Shown here: one piece after another, positions 10,301 to 22,171 of the stretch
How positions within the stretch are numbered: the stretch's first letter is position 1
How the letters are laid out: every line of letters begins with the position of its first letter
NCBI GenBank assembly: GCA_051294375.1
Contig: CM119265.1
Location: 103,263 to 167,262, forward strand
Direction of reading: 5' to 3'
Origin: Paraspadella gotoi
Taxonomy: Eukaryota; Animalia; Chaetognatha
DNA: 64,000 nucleotides
Notes under the pieces: model-generated
What the model was told of the DNA's origin: nothing
The model's input: the letters and a program-made list of their open reading frames with translations, nothing else
The model's database searches: none
Made by a program: the position numbers and the translations under genes

Positions 10301-11147
10301 ACAACTCACCGTCAACCTCGCGTGCATCTTCCCGACGCCTTACGACACGCCTCACACGTATACGTCCGTAGAGGAGGCGTGGCCACGTCTTTATCGGCGC
10401 CATATCTCGGACCATATCGCGTAATCTCTCGTGATCAATTAACTTTTAAAATCGAAATCCCTGGACGACAAAACGAAAACGTTTCAATCTCTCGCCTAAA
10501 ACCCGCTTTCGAGGCGGACGACGACGCCGGAAATGACGCCAGCGGCGGCGCTAGGTCCACCACGCACGCCGTCGCCTCCTCCCTCGGCCCCCGCCGGGCC
10601 GGCGTCCCGGAATCAGAAGCCGTTTCCCCGCTCCATCAACTCGGAATCTTCGATCAAGTACAACCGAGAACTCGTCCGCTCCGTCCTCCTCCTCTCTCCT
10701 CCTCCTCCTCCTCCCTCCCCCCCCCTCACCTGCCCCCCTACCTCCCCGCGACCACATCGACCTTCACTTCCCTCCCTGGTCGATTTCCCCCTTAAAACAT
10801 AAAAAAAACAAACCGGGCCAAAAAGTAAACAAAGATGTAAACAAACCGGTAAGATCAAGAGGAGGAAGAGCAATTCGACGCCAACGAAGACGATTCCAGC
10901 CCAACGCAACACGAGGCATCCCCGGAGACGATCCCCTTCCTGCCCTCGTCCCCTCGTCGCTTCCCTCGCCTCATATATTCTCGAAACCAACGCCCGATAA
11001 TTTTTTCATATCGAGCGGCGAGGCGTCAAAATTCGCCTTCAAACGTCAACTCCACTCGCCGTCCTACTCGGCGGTCGCTAGCACCATGTGCTCCAGCAAA
11101 TCAACAACGAGGAGACCTCTCCATCACAAACTCGAACGGGTCAGTGA
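7331..11147 (+). CDS. pol: Pol polyprotein of E2, broken by a few indels (~9690, ~10550-11100)
   Basis: ORFs 7457-9691 (YIDD, RNase H, HHCC) and 9743-10795 (DDE, YLGPYRV). The C-terminal TGQ* is conserved with E5. Confidence 0.88.
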
Positions 11148-11629
11148 ATCACAAAACTCATTCTTTTTCAGTTAACCTGGTGAAATTCAATCCTGTCCTG
11201 AATTCACCCTTTCAAAAAAACTTTAAATTACATTTTTTCAATTTCAATTGTCGTTTATTTCACTCGAATACATCTCGAAATATTTTTAATTATGTTAAAC
11301 GTTAATAAGAACGTTACATAATCATCGAATTAATCGCGAATCTCGTTACTCATCCTAATCATCAAAAATTTAAAACCCGTTACTCGTTCCAAATTATTTA
11401 TCACCGTTTACTATCGTTTATCATCTTTAAAAAACGATTCGATTTTTACTTAGCTTGAACGACAGTGTATACTACTATTCTAACGTGTTTTACCTATACC
11501 TTTTAAAAAACTTAGATCACAATCGTAGTAAATACTTTTATTAACAAACGATCTTTATTCACAAAGGCTTTTTAAACTTTAGATAAAATCGCGCCAAAAT
11601 ATTTTTTCCCCTAATTTTATCTGGGGGCG

Positions 11630-12064
11630 TGTAGCCTTTGACCTGGCAGAAAAAATAATAATAATTATTTTTATAATAACCGAATCAATTATTTAATTAA
11701 TTAATCTCCATGTAATATCCTTCTATTACGAGTCTCTGATAATTAATTACGAGTTATAAATAACACTTACCTGATCGGATTCGAACCAGCGACCTAGCGG
11801 CCCATAAGTCCGATGCTCTAACCACTTGGCCGCCGAGACACTTTAGTTACAAATGATTGGAACTTCCTCATATGAATTCTGGAGAAAGCTCCCGACGTCC
11901 CTTTTGTTTTATATATCGAATCCAAGGGCCTTCGTTATCGTTATTAATCCAAAATGGCCGCTGCTGATAAGCAGATGATATTGTTAACCTTTACAGAGAC
12001 GATTCGGTTATAAGTCACTTCTCTTTGATCCTGTAACTCTGCCAGGGGTATTCGCCTATCTACA
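11630..12064 (+). repeat. 3' LTR of E2
   Basis: Follows the PPT and repeats 5524-5957. Confidence 0.95.
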
Positions 12065-12195
12065 GGCTTAGGGTTAGGGTTAGGTTAGGGTTAGGGTTTA
12101 GTGTAGGGTAAGGTTTTGGGGTTAGGGTAAGGGTTAGGGTTAGGGTTAGGTTAGGGTTAGGTTAGGGTTAGGGTTAGGGTTAGGGTTAGGTTAGG
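12065..12195 (+). repeat. (TTAGGG)n tract
   Basis: Tandem TTAGGG. Confidence 0.95.
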
Positions 12196-12319
12196 TGTCG
12201 TGGCTCCGAGTGGCGTTGATACGCCACGAGATGACGCGACAACTGAGGGTGGCTACACTAAGCAAGCGTAGCGAGTGACTCCTTCGTGACGAGTTAGCGT
12301 AGCGCAGGGAAAGTGACAC
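12196..12319 (-). mobile_element. U5 end of a further subfamily-A LTR in reverse orientation, cut by a scaffold gap
   Basis: Reverse complement contains TTCCCTGC and ends ..GCCACGACA against the telomeric repeats, like the U5 ends of E1, E3, E4 and E6. Confidence 0.6.
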
Positions 12320-12419
12320 NNNNNNNNNNNNNNNNNNNNNNNNNNNNNNNNNNNNNNNNNNNNNNNNNNNNNNNNNNNNNNNNNNNNNNNNNNNNNNNNN
12401 NNNNNNNNNNNNNNNNNNN

Positions 12420-13428
12420 AAAAGGTATATAAAACACTAAGTGTTCAACTAAGTAAAAATCGAATCGTTTTTTAAAGATGATAAACGATAGTAAACGGTG
12501 ATAAATAATTTGGACGAGTAACGGGTTTTAAAATTTTTGATGATTAGGATGAGTAACGAGATTCGCGATTAATTCGATGATTATAGTAACGTTCTTATTA
12601 ACGTTTAACATATTAAAAATATTTCGAGATGTATCGAGTGAAATAAACGACAATTGAAATTGAAAAAAATAAATTTAAAGTTTTTGAAAGGGTGAATTCA
12701 GGACAGGATTGAATTTCACCAGGTTAACGAAAAAGAATGAGTTTGNNNNNNNNNNGACCCGTTCGAGTTTGTGATGGAGAGGTCTCCTCGTTGTTGATTT
12801 GCTGGAGCACATGTGCTAGCACCGCCGAGTAGGAACGGCGAGTGGAGTTGACGTTTGAAGGCGAATTTTGACGCCTCGCCGCTCGATATGAAAAATTATC
12901 GGGCGTTGGTTTCGAGAATATATGAGGGCGAGGGGAGCGACGAGGGGACGAGGCAGGAAGGGGATCGTCTCCGGGGATGCCTCGTGCTTGCGTTGGGCTG
13001 GAATCGTCTTCGTTGGCGTCGAATTGCTCTTCCTCCTCTTGATCTTCCGGTTTGTTTACATCTTTGTTTACTTTTTGGCCCGGTTTGTTTATTTTATGTT
13101 TTAAAGGGGGAAAATCGACCAGGGAAGGGAAGTGAAGGGTCGATGTTGGTCGGGGGGAGGTAGGGGGAGGGGNNNNNNNNNNNNNNNNNNNNGGAGGAGG
13201 AGGAGGAGGAGGAGGAGGAGCGGACGAGTTCTCGGTTGTACTTGATCGAAGATTCCGAGTTGATGGAGCGGGGAAACGGCTTCTGATTCCGGGACGCCGG
13301 CCCGGCGGGGGCGGCGAGGGAGGAGGCGACGGCGTGCGTGGTGGACTAGCGCCGCCGCTGGCGTCATTTCCGGCGTCGTCGTCCGCCTCGAAAGCGGGTT
13401 TTAGGCGAGAGATTGAAACGTTTTCGTT
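12420..13428 (-). mobile_element. Inverted near-identical copy of the E2 3' region (integrase tail plus 3' UTR) between two N gaps
   Basis: Reverse complement matches ~10470-11500; probably a redundant contig or a second E2 copy. Confidence 0.85.
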
Positions 13429-13528
13429 NNNNNNNNNNNNNNNNNNNNNNNNNNNNNNNNNNNNNNNNNNNNNNNNNNNNNNNNNNNNNNNNNNNNNNNN
13501 NNNNNNNNNNNNNNNNNNNNNNNNNNNN

Positions 13529-14844
13529 GGTTTTCTAGTAAAAAACATGAAATGTTCTTGAATGTCATGCAAAAAAAGTCTTTTGATGCATATGATGATA
13601 AACGATTTATACTTTAGCTCATGGACATTATAAAGTTCCATTTATCAAAGAACAATGGAATGAAGATTTGAATAGTCTTGTTAAATTGATATAATTTTTT
13701 TTAGAATGACGATGTGTCCAATTCAACTGGAGATTGAGATGGATTTTTTAAAGTAATAGGGTTTTTTTAATTTTTCTTCAATTTTTTTTCTTATCTGTGG
13801 GACATTGTTTTAAAACATTGTTTGTAAGCACTTAGCCTCTAACCTAATTTGTTACCTTACATTCATGCTGGGGCGCAAGCCATTCTCACTCTTCAAAAAT
13901 AAAGAATCAATCCAAAAAAAAAAAAAAAAAATAAATCACGAGATTTAATAAATATAATCACGAGCAGCAGCCAACATGACGTGAGTTAGTAGAGAGAGAC
14001 GCGAGCTTTATAGATAGAGAGAGCCAAGAGCGGAGTCAAAAGCTGTTACAAATCAGATAATTTCAATGTTTAGAATCATTTCAAAAAGTTACAGAATATT
14101 CCTTCATCATGGTTACCCTAATGTTTCCTGGGCAATCTCCTACAGAAGTTTAACGATCTATTGCTTTCATACTTCTTTAAATGGAAAGAGACCAATTAAA
14201 AACGATGTTCGCACTCTTTGAGAATACTACAGATAATGTGATCAGAAAGGTCTCGCCAATCAGGAATTAAGAACCAAATAATAACCCAATGAAATCACAG
14301 AATAGAAGGACCCGCGAGTTGTGAGAATTTAAGCTAGTACTTATTGTATTCATATAAAACCGAATATTAACTTTCGAAAAAACTAATTAATATTAATAAA
14401 CTATTTAACACTTATCAATTAATTTTTAACAAACATTTTTGATTTTTTCATTTAGAACAAAGTTTTTGAAAAGAGATAAACAATGATTTTATTTCAAATT
14501 TTTTCAAATAAATCACAATGAAACAGAAAGGAAAAATACATAATGATTTTTTCATAAAGAAATAATTAAGAGTTTTTTTATTTAGTACTATTTTTTTAGT
14601 TTATAAAATTTTATAAAAACTTCTCTAGATTCTTTAATCACAGTTTCAATTTCATCTGCATTGGGAGTTTAATTGAGATATGCCCCTATATTTTTTTTCA
14701 AAAAGTTTACAAGTAAATTTGTAAAAATGTAAATGTTTTAGTTTAAAAATATTTACTTATTAAATATGAATAAAATGTAGACTTATGTTAATGCTGGTTT
14801 ATTGCATTTTCTTTTTAATTACAGAATAAAGTATCAATAATATG
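13529..14844. other. AT-rich non-element DNA (possible subtelomeric unique sequence)
   Basis: No telomeric repeats and no credible ORF; contains AATAAA followed by an A-tract at ~13897-13931. Confidence 0.5.
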
Positions 14845-15385
14845 TGCGGTCCACTCGATCGAATCCATTTCATTTGGGAAATAAATTCATCATTTATAAA
14901 GCTTTAAATAGAAGACGAGATCTTTTGTTTTACAAAAGATATATCTAACTTCTCCAAGATGTCTCCACATATTAAACCTTTTGTTTGATGACTGTTTACC
15001 TTTGTTATTGATTTTAATTCTGTTCAGTTCGGTTTTGAATCTTGATTCAAATAGAATCTTTCATCAATTAAAAACTCGTTTTTATTATTCAACAAATGTA
15101 AAGCTACATTAAGAAAGTGCTGAAATAAAAACTAAATGAACTCGTTAATGTTTCTAACCAATCAATAAAATCTGCCAACCAATCAATTCATCTCTAATCG
15201 AATCTTAGTTATTTCTCAATTGGTTAAACAAATAAACAATCATCTTAATGTTAAACGAATCACCTTCCCTGCGACTTAATCACCTCCGCTAATCACCTTC
15301 GGTTCCAACGTCTTAGGACTGACTCATTTCAGTTGGTCAGTCAACTTCGTTCATTGCTGTGGCCTGTCTCTGTGAGCTAACCACA
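14845..15385 (+). repeat. 5' LTR of E3 (~540 bp, no tRNA-like cassette seen)
   Basis: Direct repeat of 20543-21081. Confidence 0.93.
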
Positions 15386-15572
15386 CTTGGTGAGCACCGA
15401 CAAAGGACGTTACCAACTTCAAACGGGAAAGTCGGCGACACCTAACCCTCCTCGAGGTAAGATTGGGTGAAGAGTGGGATTTTAGTGAGTTGCCCCCAAT
15501 CTTCTCACACTTTTCCCTTCTTTTTAAACTTTCCCTTCACGTGAATCGCTGGATCCGAATTCGACGCCGTCA

Positions 15573-16655
15573 ATGAGTGGGTCTGATCTAAGATCACGCT
15601 TACGCTCCGCTCAACGCGACGTCGACGAGCAGGGACAACGCCTCCAGATTCCTTGTGGATTCGGGAGAGGCGCTCGCTCGAGATCGACGTCTCCAATCTT
15701 TGCTGACGTCGCACCGAACTTCGATTTCCCGACGGCCGGCGCCCACGATTTCGACGACGCCGACATGGCAACGGCCGACGCGACGCCGCGTAGCTTACGC
15801 GACGAAAACGACGAATTGCGCGCCGCCCTCGCCGCGGCGACGAGAGCATTGGAGAGAGCGTCTAATCGCAAACCGGATCTACCGGACTTCGACTCATCTA
15901 ATATAGAGATCTGGATAAAGCGTGTAGAAGCCGCCTACACGCGCGCAGGGATCGTCAACCCCAGGAACAAGTTCGCCCACTTGGAATCGAAAATTGGGAT
16001 AAACGTCGATCCCAAGATCAACCAATTTCTTTTCGGTGAAACCACTGAGGCGACTTGGGAAGAGTTTATCGCCTACTTACGCAGCGAATATGGACTAACG
16101 CGGCGCCAGCAAGCCGCGAATCTGCTCGACACCCTCGACACAGACGGCGCTAAACCCTCAAAAATCCTCGCCAAACTCGAAGAGAAAACAAGGTCTCTCA
16201 CTATCGACGACGTGAGAAAAGAAAAGATCCTGCGAGAACTCCCAAACGACATTCGACGCCAACTCGAGGAAAAGGCGGATAACCTCACCGCCAGCGAGTT
16301 ATGTAAACTGGCCGACCATCACTATGACAACGACGGCAACGTCAAACTGAAACAAACGTCGTCACTAATCAACAACGTCGAGAGAGATTTGCATAATCAT
16401 CGCAACTCGGACTCAGACGACGACGACGATGCAGTCAACGCAGTCGACGACCATCCTCGACGACACGCTGGAGGAAAGAAGCGTCAACATCCGGCGTCGA
16501 AAGGAAAAGCGAAACCCAAGGCTAAACTCGTCACTCTATGCACCAAACACGCAAGGTTCGGAGACGACACGTGGACGTGTGAAGCAGGCTGCTCTCGCTA
16601 CGAGGAGTTCCAAAAGAAAAAAGAGGGAAACGCCAAGGGGGGACGCCGGCGGTGA
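15573..16655 (+). CDS. gag: Gag with CHCC knuckle
   Basis: 360-aa ORF with CTKHARFGDDTWTCEAGC; ends EGNAKGGRRR* at the slippery site GGGAAAC (16625-16631). Confidence 0.93.
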   Translation: MSGSDLRSRLRSAQRDVDEQGQRLQIPCGFGRGARSRSTSPIFADVAPNFDFPTAGAHDFDDADMATADATPRSLRDENDELRAALAAATRALERASNRKPDLPDFDSSNIEIWIKRVEAAYTRAGIVNPRNKFAHLESKIGINVDPKINQFLFGETTEATWEEFIAYLRSEYGLTRRQQAANLLDTLDTDGAKPSKILAKLEEKTRSLTIDDVRKEKILRELPNDIRRQLEEKADNLTASELCKLADHHYDNDGNVKLKQTSSLINNVERDLHNHRNSDSDDDDDAVNAVDDHPRRHAGGKKRQHPASKGKAKPKAKLVTLCTKHARFGDDTWTCEAGCSRYEEFQKKKEGNAKGGRRR

Positions 16656-19600
16656 ACGCCGTCCCCCAAGCGTCAACTTCTTCACCGGCGCCCAACGACC
16701 TTCTTTTCATCAGGGACGCCGGGGACCGGACTCGATGGTTAATTGACGGTGGTGCGTTACTCTCTATTGTTCCGCCGACGCCGCAGCAGCGCAGCAGCGG
16801 CCCGAATCAAACGACAAAACTGCAGGCGGCCAACGGATCGCCAATATCATGCTACGGAACAGTCGAGAGAACGGTTCAACTAGGAAATAGAAAATACGTT
16901 TATCAATTCGTAGTCGCCGACGTTAAACAAAGTATACTCGGCGCTGACTTCTTAGCAGAAAATTTCCTGGCGCCCAACCACCGAGATGGCCTTTTACTGG
17001 ATTTACGAGATTACTCTACCATAGCAGCGTCGACGTCAAAAGGAACATCCGCTCATGTCAATTTCGTAGACAGACAAGGCGAACAATATTACAAAATCCT
17101 CGAGTCATTCCCTTCGCTGGCCACGCCCACTTTCGAGTTGAAAAACCCAAAGCATGGCGTGACACATTCCATCCCTACCGAAGGTCGTCCCTGCCAATCG
17201 CGTGCCCGGCGATTGGACCCTGAGAAATTGGCCGTGGCAAAGAGAGAACTTGAAAAAATGGTATCACTGGGTATAGCAAAGCGTGGCAAGTCAGAGTGGT
17301 CGTCGCCACTCCACGTCGTCGAAAAACCGGACGGGGGATGGCGTTGTTGTGGCGACTATCGCCGTCTCAACGCCCAAACGGTAGAAGACAGATACCCAGT
17401 TAAGCTACTTACAGATTTCAATTCTCAATTAGAAGGAAAAACCATCTTCTCTAAAATCGATCTTTTGAAAGGGTATCACCAGATACCGGTGAACCCAGAT
17501 GACATCAAAAAAACGGCAGTGATAACTCCGTTTGGCCTGTATGTTTTTCCACGTTGTCCTTTTGGACTGAAAAACGCAGGTCAAGATTTCCAGAGACTCA
17601 TGGATGAGATCTTGGGGGATATTCCCCATACTTTTGTGTACTTAGACGACATCCTCGTCGCCTCCTCATCTCCAGAGGAACACAAGCAAGACCTCCAGCG
17701 CGTATTCAAAGCTCTCGATGAGAATGGTTTGGTTGTAAATACCAAAAAATGCCTTCTTGGACAAGAATCGCTCGAATTTCTGGGATTTTTGGTCGATAAG
17801 AACGGTGTACGACCACTACCGGAAAGAGTTCAGACACTCCGCGAGACGACACGGCCCACAACTATCAAAGAGTTGCAACGTTTCCTCGGTATGGTAAATT
17901 ATTACCGCCGCTTCATACCGAGAGTTGCCCATCGATGTTCAGCTCTCTACGAGGCTTTGAGCGGCAAGCCTAAAACACTGAACTGGTCTGAAGACTGTGA
18001 AAAGGCCTTCGAGGCCATCAAGGAAGGCCTCATCTCGGCAGCACTGCTTCATCATCCTCGGACTGGAGCTCAGTTGTGTATAACGACTGATGCATCAGAC
18101 AACGCCATTGGAGCCGTCCTAGAACAACGAGGACCGAAGGGATGGGAGCCACTAGCTTTTTTCTCGGCTAAATTAGCAAAAAACCAAAAGCTGTGGCCTC
18201 CCTTCGATAAGGAGTTACTAGGAGCCTTCAGAGCCGTCCGCCATTTCAGGCATTGGGTGGAGGGACGAGCTTTCACGATCTACACCGATCATCAAAGCCT
18301 CGTCTCAGCGATAAAGAAAAAATCCGAGCCACAAACGATCCGACAAGCTCATCAACTATCGTCGATAGCCGAATTTACCACGGATATTAGATATCTCAAA
18401 GGTAAAGCAAATGTTGTGGCGGATGCGCTCTCTCGTCCCAACGCCCCATCGACAACTCCAGCAACGGCGAGAGAAAACTCCGAGTCGAAAAAAGAGCAGC
18501 AGACCGACAGACCGACCGACGAAAAACGAGACATCGAAAAACGCGAAAAAAGCATTAAGCCAGATCGACTTGAAGACGCTCAAGCCGTCATCTCATCACT
18601 CACTAGCTTTGAGATAGACTTCGAGGACATGGCTCGCGAACAAGTCTTAGACCCTGAATTTCAAAAGATATCTGACGACGCCAGATCGGGACTAAACTTC
18701 AGAAAAATCCGCATAGGCGATCACGATCTACTCGCCGACATCTCGAATGGTCCAGCTAGACCTTTTGTTCCCGCGTCTTGGCGTCGCAAAGTTTTCGAGG
18801 TAATTCATGGATTAGGCCATCCCGGCGTCGACGCCACAAGGAAAGCAATATCTGCAAAGTTTGTATGGACTAATATGAGACAGGACGTGTCGAAGTGGGC
18901 AAGAGACTGTGTTGATTGCCAACGCGCCAAGGTCACGCGACACGTCGTCCCTGAAATCGGGGAATTCAAAGTCCCTCATCGTCGATTTCAACATATTAAT
19001 CTGGACTTAGTTAAAATGCCAAAATCAAACGGATATTCGCACCTATTAACTATCGTCGACAGATTCTCAAGATGGCCGTCGGCCATCCCTATCATCGACA
19101 CCCTGACGCCGACGATCCTCGATGCTCTCAGCCTACACTGGATTAGTGTCTTCGGAACACCAGCTATCATAACCACGGATAGAGGAAGTCAATTCAACTC
19201 GGCCTTGTGGAAGCAGCTAACGAAGCACTGGGGCATAAAACACCAGATGACCACGCCCTATCATCCACAGGCGAATGGTTTGGTTGAAAGGTTCCATCGG
19301 AGGCTCAAGGAATCGCTCATGGCATTGGGGAAAGAGGAGAGACAACAATGGTACTGGAAATTACCGTTGACATTATTGGCAATTAGGACCACGATCAAGG
19401 AAGATATTGGAGCATCGGCTGCAGATCTTGTTTTCGGCGAAGGTGTAAGCATCCCTGGCAGTATGCTTGGAGACTTTCAAAACGACGACGAGAATCTCAA
19501 TCGCCAGCGTCGAAATCAACTTTCGAAATTAAGACTCGAAGTAGCTCGATTACAGCCAACTCCAACGTCAGCACATCAACAGCCCGCTGTACATCTCCCT

Positions 19601-20200
19601 TCGAATCTCACCACCGCCCAGTATGTCTTCATCAGACGAGCCGGCGTTCAACCGCCGCTGACACCTCCCTACGACGGCCCATTTCGAGTGATTCATCGAA
19701 ATGGACTTAATGTCACCGTCGAAATTCCCAGCTCGGGAAGGGCAACCGTCAACGTCTCCAGAATCAAACCAGCGTGGATCAGCGACGAGCAGCTGGACGT
19801 CGACGACTCACAACCTCGCCCAGAGAGAGCTCCTGGCCGTCGGCCAGGCGTAAGAACTCGAAAACCGGCGCCAACAACGAGAAAAACGCGATCGGCGAAT
19901 CGGCGAGCGTCGTCTCCTCCTCCTCCTCCTCCTCCTTCATCCACCTCTTCGATACTCACCGCGAATCACCCTCAGCCTCTCCCTGACCCACCACGAACGC
20001 CTTTACGCTTTTTGTCACCATCTTCTCATTTTCCCGAGCCTCCACGCTCGACGACTCCATCATCAAAAAAACGAGAAAATAATAACAACAACAATAACAA
20101 TCGCCCAACTTATGCTATCGTCTTAAAAGAAATGCTACAAAGACAAAAAACGGAAAATGACAACAACAAAAACAAAAACAAAACCCTCGCGCTAACATAA
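16652..20200 (+). CDS. pol: Pol polyprotein PR-RT-RH-IN
   Basis: LIDGGA, YLDD, TDAS, HHCC, DDE core, YDGPFRV; -1 frame relative to gag. Confidence 0.97.
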   Translation: MNAVPQASTSSPAPNDLLFIRDAGDRTRWLIDGGALLSIVPPTPQQRSSGPNQTTKLQAANGSPISCYGTVERTVQLGNRKYVYQFVVADVKQSILGADFLAENFLAPNHRDGLLLDLRDYSTIAASTSKGTSAHVNFVDRQGEQYYKILESFPSLATPTFELKNPKHGVTHSIPTEGRPCQSRARRLDPEKLAVAKRELEKMVSLGIAKRGKSEWSSPLHVVEKPDGGWRCCGDYRRLNAQTVEDRYPVKLLTDFNSQLEGKTIFSKIDLLKGYHQIPVNPDDIKKTAVITPFGLYVFPRCPFGLKNAGQDFQRLMDEILGDIPHTFVYLDDILVASSSPEEHKQDLQRVFKALDENGLVVNTKKCLLGQESLEFLGFLVDKNGVRPLPERVQTLRETTRPTTIKELQRFLGMVNYYRRFIPRVAHRCSALYEALSGKPKTLNWSEDCEKAFEAIKEGLISAALLHHPRTGAQLCITTDASDNAIGAVLEQRGPKGWEPLAFFSAKLAKNQKLWPPFDKELLGAFRAVRHFRHWVEGRAFTIYTDHQSLVSAIKKKSEPQTIRQAHQLSSIAEFTTDIRYLKGKANVVADALSRPNAPSTTPATARENSESKKEQQTDRPTDEKRDIEKREKSIKPDRLEDAQAVISSLTSFEIDFEDMAREQVLDPEFQKISDDARSGLNFRKIRIGDHDLLADISNGPARPFVPASWRRKVFEVIHGLGHPGVDATRKAISAKFVWTNMRQDVSKWARDCVDCQRAKVTRHVVPEIGEFKVPHRRFQHINLDLVKMPKSNGYSHLLTIVDRFSRWPSAIPIIDTLTPTILDALSLHWISVFGTPAIITTDRGSQFNSALWKQLTKHWGIKHQMTTPYHPQANGLVERFHRRLKESLMALGKEERQQWYWKLPLTLLAIRTTIKEDIGASAADLVFGEGVSIPGSMLGDFQNDDENLNRQRRNQLSKLRLEVARLQPTPTSAHQQPAVHLPSNLTTAQYVFIRRAGVQPPLTPPYDGPFRVIHRNGLNVTVEIPSSGRATVNVSRIKPAWISDEQLDVDDSQPRPERAPGRRPGVRTRKPAPTTRKTRSANRRASSPPPPPPPSSTSSILTANHPQPLPDPPRTPLRFLSPSSHFPEPPRSTTPSSKKRENNNNNNNNRPTYAIVLKEMLQRQKTENDNNKNKNKTLALT

Positions 20201-20542
20201 ATCAGCAGCCGGAGCTAGGGATGCTTCATCCATCTTCCTCCATCGTCACGACGTCAGCTCCGACTGCTGAAAAGCTAGCTTGGCTACCACTCTCTATCTT
20301 TGTATATAGCAAGCTATATAATATTTGATATTTATTCGATTTTACAATATTTTGAATGTTTTTAATTTTTGAAATTTTTATGTCAGTCGGTCAATCGTCT
20401 ATTTCAGGAGGAATATCTTAAAATTGTTATTTTTTACCATTTTATTTTCACAAACACACACATACTCGTGGACGACAAACAATATTATTGATATATATTA
20501 ATTTCAATTTTGCTTTATATTATATATCCCAACAAGGGGGGA

Positions 20543-21081
20543 TGCGGCCACTCGATCGAATCCATTTCATTTGGGAAATAAATTCATCATTTTATAAAGC
20601 TAAATAGAAGACGAGATCTTTTTGTTTTAACAAAAGATATATCTAACTTCTCCAAGATGTCTCCACATATTAAACCTTTTGTTTGATGACTGTTTACCTT
20701 TGTTTATTGATTTTTAAATTCTGTTCAGTTCGGTTTTTGAATCTTGAATTCAAATAGAAATCTTTCATCAATTAAAAACTCGTTTTTTATTATTCAACAA
20801 AATGTAAAGCTACATTAAGGAAAGTGCTGAAATAAAAACTAAATGAACTCGTTAATGTTTCTAACCAATCAATAAAATCTGCCAACAATCAATTCATCTC
20901 TAATCGAATCTGAGTTATTTCTCAATGGTTAAACAAATAAACAATCATCTTATGATTAAACGAATCACCTTCCTGCGACTTAATCACTCCGCTAATCACC
21001 TTCGGTCCAACGTCTTAGGATGACTCATTCAGTTGGTCAGTCACTTCGTCATTGCTGTGCCCTGTCTCTGTGAGCTCCACA
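20543..21081 (+). repeat. 3' LTR of E3
   Basis: TGCGGCC..CCACA followed by GGGTTAG. Confidence 0.93.
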
Positions 21082-21183
21082 GGGTTAGGTTAGGGTTAGG
21101 GTTAGGGTAGTTAGGGTAGGGGTTAAGGGTTAGGGGAGGGTTAGGCTTAGGGTTAGGGTTAGGGTTAGGGTGGTAGGTTAGGT

Positions 21184-21216
<33 letters not shown>

Positions 21217-22171
21217 GGGTTAGGGGGGAGTTATTAGATTGGTTAGGGTTAGGTTAGGGTAGGGTTAGGGTTAGGGTTAGGGTTAGGGTTAGGTGTTAGG
21301 TTAGGTAGTAGGGAGTTAGGGGGTTAGGGTTAGGGTTGGGGTTAGGGTTAGGGTTGGGTGGTGGTTAGGGTTAGGTTAGGGTTAGGGTTGTTAGGGTTAG
21401 GGGTTAGGGTAGTAGGGTTAGGGTTAGGTAAGGGTTAGGGTTTAGGGTTAGGGTTAAGGGTTAGGGTTAGGGTTAGGGTTAGGTAGTAGGTTAGGGTAGG
21501 GTTAGAGGGTTAGGGTAAGGTTAGGGTTAGGGTAGGGTTAGGGTGGTAGGTAGGGTTAGGGGTTAGGGGGGTTGGGTGGTTGGGTTAGGGTTGTTAGGGT
21601 TAGGGGTTAGGGTTAGGTGGTAGGTAGGGTTTAGGGTAGGTTAGGGTTAGGGTTAGTTAGGTGGGTTAGGGTAGTAGGTTAGGGTTAGGTTAGGGTGGTT
21701 AGGGGTTAGGGTTAGGGTTAGGGGTTAGGGTTAGGGTGGGTTAGGTTAGGGTAGGAGTTAGGTTAGGGGTTAGGGTTAGGGGTTAGGGTTAGTTAGGGTT
21801 TAGTGGTTAGGGTTAGGAGTTAGGGTAGGGGTTTAGCGGTGTTAGGGTAGGGTTAGGTTAGGGTTAGGGTTGTAGGGTTAGGGTTAGGGTTAGGGTAGGG
21901 TTAGGGTTAGGGTAAGGTTAGGGGTTAGGTGTTAGGGTTAGGGTTAGGGTAGGGTAAGGGTTAGGGTTTAGGGTTAGGGTTAGGAGTTAGTAGGGTTGGG
22001 TGTTCGGTTACGGGGGGTTAGGGTTAGGGGTTAGGGTTAGGGAGGTTAGGTTAGGGTTAGGTTAGGGTTAAGGTTAGGTAGGGTTAGTTTTAGTTGGTTA
22101 GGGGGGTGGAGGTAGGTTAGGTTGGGTGGTGGAGGTAGTTTAAGGGTGTAGGTATGGTTGGTTGGCTGGGT
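21082..22171 (+). repeat. (TTAGGG)n tract
   Basis: Tandem TTAGGG, noisy. Confidence 0.97.

Larger units (their letters stand above)
5524..12064 (+). mobile_element. Full-length Ty3/gypsy (CsRn1-like) LTR retrotransposon E2, subfamily B
   Basis: Near-identical LTRs 5524-5957 and 11630-12064 (TGTAG..CTACA), PBS TGGTGA at 5960, PPT CTGGGGGCG, gag and pol, telomeric repeats on both sides. Confidence 0.96.
14845..21081 (+). mobile_element. Full-length, apparently intact Ty3/gypsy (CsRn1-like) element E3, subfamily A
   Basis: LTRs 14845-15385 and 20543-21081, PBS TGGTGA at 15388, PPT AACAAGGGGGGA, uninterrupted gag and pol. Confidence 0.97.

Noticed and set aside
12724-13641. 305-aa ORF as an independent gene
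   Set aside because: It reads through a 100-N gap; its real part is the E2 integrase tail.
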